From: Roseateles agri
GTDB taxonomy: Bacteria; Pseudomonadota; Gammaproteobacteria; Burkholderiales; Burkholderiaceae_C
Assembly (NCBI RefSeq): GCF_034043675.1
Contig: NZ_JAXCLA010000007.1
Span: 452,547-516,546, forward strand
Direction: 5' to 3'
DNA: 64,000 nucleotides
Shown here: positions 60,939 through 64,000 of the stretch, in pieces
Numbering within the stretch: position 1 is the first letter of the stretch
How the letters are laid out: each line of letters starts with the position of its first letter
Translations under genes and position numbers: made by a program
The notes under the pieces: generated by a model
What the model was told of the DNA's origin: nothing
What the model saw: only the letters and a program-made list of their open reading frames with translations
Databases searched by the model: none

Positions 60939-62852
60939 TTACGCGGCCTCCTTGGTGAAGTCTTCAAGGCGCGCGCCGGCGGCGATCGCGGCCTTGAGCC
61001 ACGCGGGCTGAAGGCCGCGGCCGCTCCACGTTTCTCCGGTGGCGGCGTTGCGATACTTGACCTGGCCGGGCTTGGCCGGCGCATGAGCGGCGGCGAAGGC
61101 GTCGCCGGCGGCGTTCTTGCCCAGGCGTTCGTCTTCCTCGGCCTGGATCTGGCTGCTGGCCTCCTTCTCGGCCTCAGCAGCGAGTGCCGCGACCTGGTCG
61201 GCCACGCCCAGCTCGGTGGCGATGGTCCACGTGGGCTCGCCGTCGTAGTTGCTGGCCTCGATGTCCTCCAACGTGTAGGGATCGGTCAGTTCCTCGGCCA
61301 TCAGCACCTGGGCCAGCAGCGTGCCGAGGAGCCTGCCGTCTTCCATGTTCACGATGCGATGGAGGAAATCCCGCTCGGCCTTGGCCCGCTCGGCCGAAGA
61401 CATGAACGTATTCGCCGGAGGGATGTCCCATCCGTGGGCGCGATAGATCAGCGCGGTCGCCTCATAGGTGAGATCGCCCGCGAGCTGGGCGACGGCGAGC
61501 CGCAGAGCCGCCAGCGGCAGGCCCTGGGTGTTCATGCGCTCCAGCAGCAGCGTCTGCGCGCGGACACCGAAGAGCTTGCAGGCCCGTTCGCCACGCATGG
61601 CCGCGAGGGTCTGCTCGCTGCGCGGCTGCGGCGCTGCCGGCGACGCGCTGCTGGACGGGGCCTGTACGGCCGTCGCCGCATCGCTCAGCGTCGGCTTCGG
61701 CGGCGGTGCAGGTGTCGGCGCCGCCGGCGGACGCAGCAGGTTCTTGCTCTTGAGCAGCTTGCGCGCGTCCGTCTCGGGCACGATGCGCAGGATCTGGCCG
61801 CTGGGGCCGTGCTCCAGCGTGATGACGCCGCGCTGCTTGGCGCCGAAGATCTCCGACAGGATGCGCTTGTCCGCCGTCAGGGTGGGCGCCGGCTGGTCGA
61901 ACCACAGGTGCCCGTTCGGCAGGGCCGTCGGCTTGGGCATCAGGGTGATGGCGGCAACGCCGCGCAGCACCGTGTGGCCTGCCGCTTCGGCCTCGGCGAA
62001 CTTCAGCTCCCACGTCTCATGCTGCTTGGCGCGGAAGCAGGCGCTGTCCTGGCACATGTCGCCTTGCTTGACGTCGTCGAACAGATCCGGGCTCGCGCCG
62101 CTGCGCTTCTTGCAGTCGCTGCAGGGGCCGGCGATCTGGAACACCGCGCGGATATCGAACGGCGCGAGCGACAGGTCCAGCATGAACTCCTTGCGCAGGA
62201 ACTCGGCCGAGGCACGGAAGCTCAGCGGCTCACCGCCGAAGCCTTCCAGGATGCGCTTGAGCGCGCTGCGCTGCTGGTCCTCGTTCGGCATGCGGGCGAT
62301 CAGGCCGGCGACGCTGGCGTTCAGCTTGTCGTCGAGGAAGGCCTCGCGGGCCGGCTCGCACAGATTCAGCAGCGACAGGCGCAGGTAGATCCAGCGCTTG
62401 CTCTTGCCGATCTTGGCCGCCAGCTCCTCGACGCTGGCATAGCCCTGCATGCCTTCGCCCGGGTGCAGCAGCTTCTGCAGGCCCTCGGCCTCTTCGAGCG
62501 GATGCAGGTCATCGCGGTCGATGTTCTCCAGCAGCTGGATCTCCAGCGCCTCGAAGTCGGTCAGGTCGCGGATCAGCGCGAGGATCGTGGGCTTCTCCGC
62601 TTGCTTGCTGGCCCGCCACCGGCGCTCGCCGCAGACCAGTTCATGCGGCGGCTGGCCGTTGCCGTCGTGCCAGGCCGGATTGCGGCGAAGCAGCACGGGC
62701 TGGATCACGCCGTGCTTCTTGATGCTCTCGGCCAGTTCGTCGATCTTGGCCTGCTTGAAGCGCTTGCGCGGGTTGGTCGGGCTCGGCGCGATCAGGCCGA
62801 GCGGTACGTAGACCGCGGGTTCGGTCTTGTGCTCGATGGTGCTCATGCGCAC
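60939..62852 (-). CDS. ParB-like nuclease domain protein fused to a C-terminal H-NS-like DNA-binding domain
   Basis: ParB N-terminal motifs (VQPVLLR, GERRWRA). C-terminal H-NS motif TGETWSGRGLQPAWL. Confidence 0.75.
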   Translation of the reverse strand: MRMSTIEHKTEPAVYVPLGLIAPSPTNPRKRFKQAKIDELAESIKKHGVIQPVLLRRNPAWHDGNGQPPHELVCGERRWRASKQAEKPTILALIRDLTDFEALEIQLLENIDRDDLHPLEEAEGLQKLLHPGEGMQGYASVEELAAKIGKSKRWIYLRLSLLNLCEPAREAFLDDKLNASVAGLIARMPNEDQQRSALKRILEGFGGEPLSFRASAEFLRKEFMLDLSLAPFDIRAVFQIAGPCSDCKKRSGASPDLFDDVKQGDMCQDSACFRAKQHETWELKFAEAEAAGHTVLRGVAAITLMPKPTALPNGHLWFDQPAPTLTADKRILSEIFGAKQRGVITLEHGPSGQILRIVPETDARKLLKSKNLLRPPAAPTPAPPPKPTLSDAATAVQAPSSSASPAAPQPRSEQTLAAMRGERACKLFGVRAQTLLLERMNTQGLPLAALRLAVAQLAGDLTYEATALIYRAHGWDIPPANTFMSSAERAKAERDFLHRIVNMEDGRLLGTLLAQVLMAEELTDPYTLEDIEASNYDGEPTWTIATELGVADQVAALAAEAEKEASSQIQAEEDERLGKNAAGDAFAAAHAPAKPGQVKYRNAATGETWSGRGLQPAWLKAAIAAGARLEDFTKEAA

Positions 62853-63391
62853 TGGCCCTCCGTGGCCTTGGCGCCCAGCGCGCCGGGTGTGAAAACGTGT
62901 GCACCGCTCGGCACCTGGCCGGCGAGCACATTGCGGATGCGGGCGATCGTGCGGCTCACCGCCTGGGCCAGTTCGCCGCGGCTGCAGTGCGTGAGCTGGA
63001 CCTGGTGCACAAACACGGCCAGGTCGATGGCGGCCAGCTCTGCGCCGCGCAGCGTCCAGTTGCCGCCGGCCTGCTGGCGGGTCATCACGGCGGCGAGCGC
63101 GGTCTTGGCGGTGTCGAACGTGACGGCGTGGTCGCTCGCGATCTGGTGCTCGACCAGGTCGGCGCCAACGTTGAACGCATCGGCCAGCTCGCGCCAGTGG
63201 TCCTCGCTGCCGCGGCCGGCGCGGAACTCGGCCAGGGCCAACTGACGCGGGCCCATGATGTGCTCGCGCTCGGTGCGCGTGAGCAGCGCGATGCGGTTGA
63301 GGGCGATCTCGATCGGCGAGGCGTCGGGCGCTTCGCCGGCCATGCGTTCGACGAAGTGGCGCTTGTGCGGCCGCCGGGTGCGGTGTGCCAT
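62843..63391 (-). CDS. hypothetical phage protein (182 aa)
   Basis: ORF from MAHRTRRP. Confidence 0.45.
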   Translation of the reverse strand: MAHRTRRPHKRHFVERMAGEAPDASPIEIALNRIALLTRTEREHIMGPRQLALAEFRAGRGSEDHWRELADAFNVGADLVEHQIASDHAVTFDTAKTALAAVMTRQQAGGNWTLRGAELAAIDLAVFVHQVQLTHCSRGELAQAVSRTIARIRNVLAGQVPSGAHVFTPGALGAKATEGQCA

Positions 63392-63405
63392 GTGGGCTCC
63401 TGTGG

Positions 63406-63651
63406 TCAGAAGGGAAGTGACGCGTCGCCTTGCAGGCGATCGCGGAAGCGCCAGAGCTTTCTCTGGCGAAGGTCGCGGCTCAGGGGCCGTTCCTTGCGGG
63501 AAACGTAGAGGCGTCGGCTGGCCAGCAACGGCGAAAGCCAGCGGCCCTTGATGCACACGCGCGGACCGTTGTCGCAGCAACATTTCAAGCGCGCCGTGAC
63601 GCGCAGCCTCGGGCCATAGATGACGTGAGGTTCGAAGCTGCTGGTGGACAT
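63406..63651 (-). CDS. small Cys-rich hypothetical protein (81 aa)
   Basis: ORF from MSTSSFEP. Contains a CCCD...C cluster. Confidence 0.3.
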   Translation of the reverse strand: MSTSSFEPHVIYGPRLRVTARLKCCCDNGPRVCIKGRWLSPLLASRRLYVSRKERPLSRDLRQRKLWRFRDRLQGDASLPF

Positions 63652-63688
63652 GCGTCGTTCGCGCAGAGGGCTGTAGGGGTGATGCACT

Positions 63689-64000
63689 TCAGTCGTCCTC
63701 GCGCTCGCCGGCAGCGAGGCCCTTGTGAACGATGAAGTCGACGTCGCGGTCGGCGTCGCGCTGGGCCTCCCGGTCCGCGCTGTCTTCGCGCAACTCGGCA
63801 TTGATCATCGAGATCAGCAGCTCGTGTGCGCTCGATTGCAAACGGAGCACGGTCGGCTCCAACGCCCTTTGGGCGGCGGCCCTGGCGGCGTCCCAGGCGG
63901 CGGCCCTGGCGGCGTCCCAGGCGGCGGCCCAGGCGGCGGCCCAGGCGGCGGCCCTGGCGGCGTCCCAGGCGGCGGCCCAGGCGGCGGCCCAGGCGGCGGC
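63689..64000 (-). CDS. 3' end of a gene running off the window, encoding AAAW/AAAWDAAR peptide repeats (partial)
   Basis: The reverse strand translates cleanly to ...VLRLQSSAHELLISMINAELREDSADREAQRDADRDVDFIVHKGLAAGEREDD*. This ORF is not in the supplied track. Confidence 0.5.
   Translation of the reverse strand, partial: AAAWAAAWAAAWDAARAAAWAAAWAAAWDAARAAAWDAARAAAQRALEPTVLRLQSSAHELLISMINAELREDSADREAQRDADRDVDFIVHKGLAAGEREDD
63880..64000. repeat. tandem repeat of 12-nt (GCGGCGGCCCAG) and 24-nt (GCGGCGGCCCTGGCGGCGTCCCAG) units
   Basis: Read directly at the window end. Confidence 0.8.

Larger units (their letters stand above)
52326..64000. mobile_element. prophage-like integrative island next to tRNA-Gly(CCC): integrase, AlpA, two DNA methyltransferases, Gp37/Gp68, ParB-nuclease and phage hypotheticals. 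The right end lies outside the window.
   Basis: Gene content and organisation. Confidence 0.7.

Overview
This is a high-GC (~68%) chromosomal window, probably from a betaproteobacterium (Burkholderiales-like), with compact, often 4-nt-overlapping operons on both strands.

Left to right it contains:
(1) 1-5338: the 3' end of an aerobic CO-dehydrogenase / xanthine-dehydrogenase-family large subunit gene, followed by its maturation and accessory genes (coxG, coxD, coxE, coxF and a MocA-like cytidylyltransferase).
(2) 6060-7294: a TetR regulator with a leaderless sigma70 promoter and duplicated palindromic operators controlling a small membrane protein. Next to it is a convergent PhyH dioxygenase (7251-8201) and an AraC regulator (8337-9203).
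(3) 9.3-25.7 kb: a carbohydrate-catabolic island with two ABC importers. Each importer is followed by a Gfo/Idh/MocA oxidoreductase paired with a xylose-isomerase-like TIM-barrel protein. The island also carries an alpha/beta hydrolase, an RPE-family epimerase, a ROK kinase, a HAD phosphatase and a ROK regulator.
(4) 25.7-30.3 kb: an MCP chemoreceptor, an Nramp (MntH) transporter preceded by a 17-bp perfect palindrome and a long leader, and an OprB porin.
(5) 30.3-36.8 kb: a GntR-controlled locus with an MFS transporter, a class-V aminotransferase and a 1015-aa FAD/Fe-S oxidoreductase.
(6) 36.8-38.1 kb: a GAF-EAL phosphodiesterase.
(7) 38.1-41.6 kb: a low-GC accessory patch with tRNA-Glu, tRNA-Asp, an HNH endonuclease, two tRNA-derived fragments, an SPFH protein and a small ORF.
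(8) 42-50 kb: a triplicated-DUF4148 protein, a transglutaminase-like protein coupled to a GGDEF-remnant ORF, MscS, a LuxR/HD-like regulator, a hydrolase, LysR and small secreted/hypothetical genes.
(9) 50.0-52.1 kb: FadE.
(10) 52.25 kb to the window end: a prophage-like island next to tRNA-Gly(CCC). It carries a tyrosine integrase, AlpA, Dam and C5 DNA methyltransferases, an ASCH protein, a Gp37/Gp68 protein, a ParB-nuclease/H-NS fusion and a protein with AAAW repeats. The C5 methyltransferase has six tandem ~40-aa repeats in its target-recognition region.

No CRISPR array, rRNA or IS transposase was seen. Many long alternative-frame ORFs in the supplied track are GC-driven artefacts.

The most unusual items are the duplicated dehydrogenase/TIM-barrel sugar modules, the repeat-bearing methyltransferase prophage, and the tRNA/HNH/SPFH patch.
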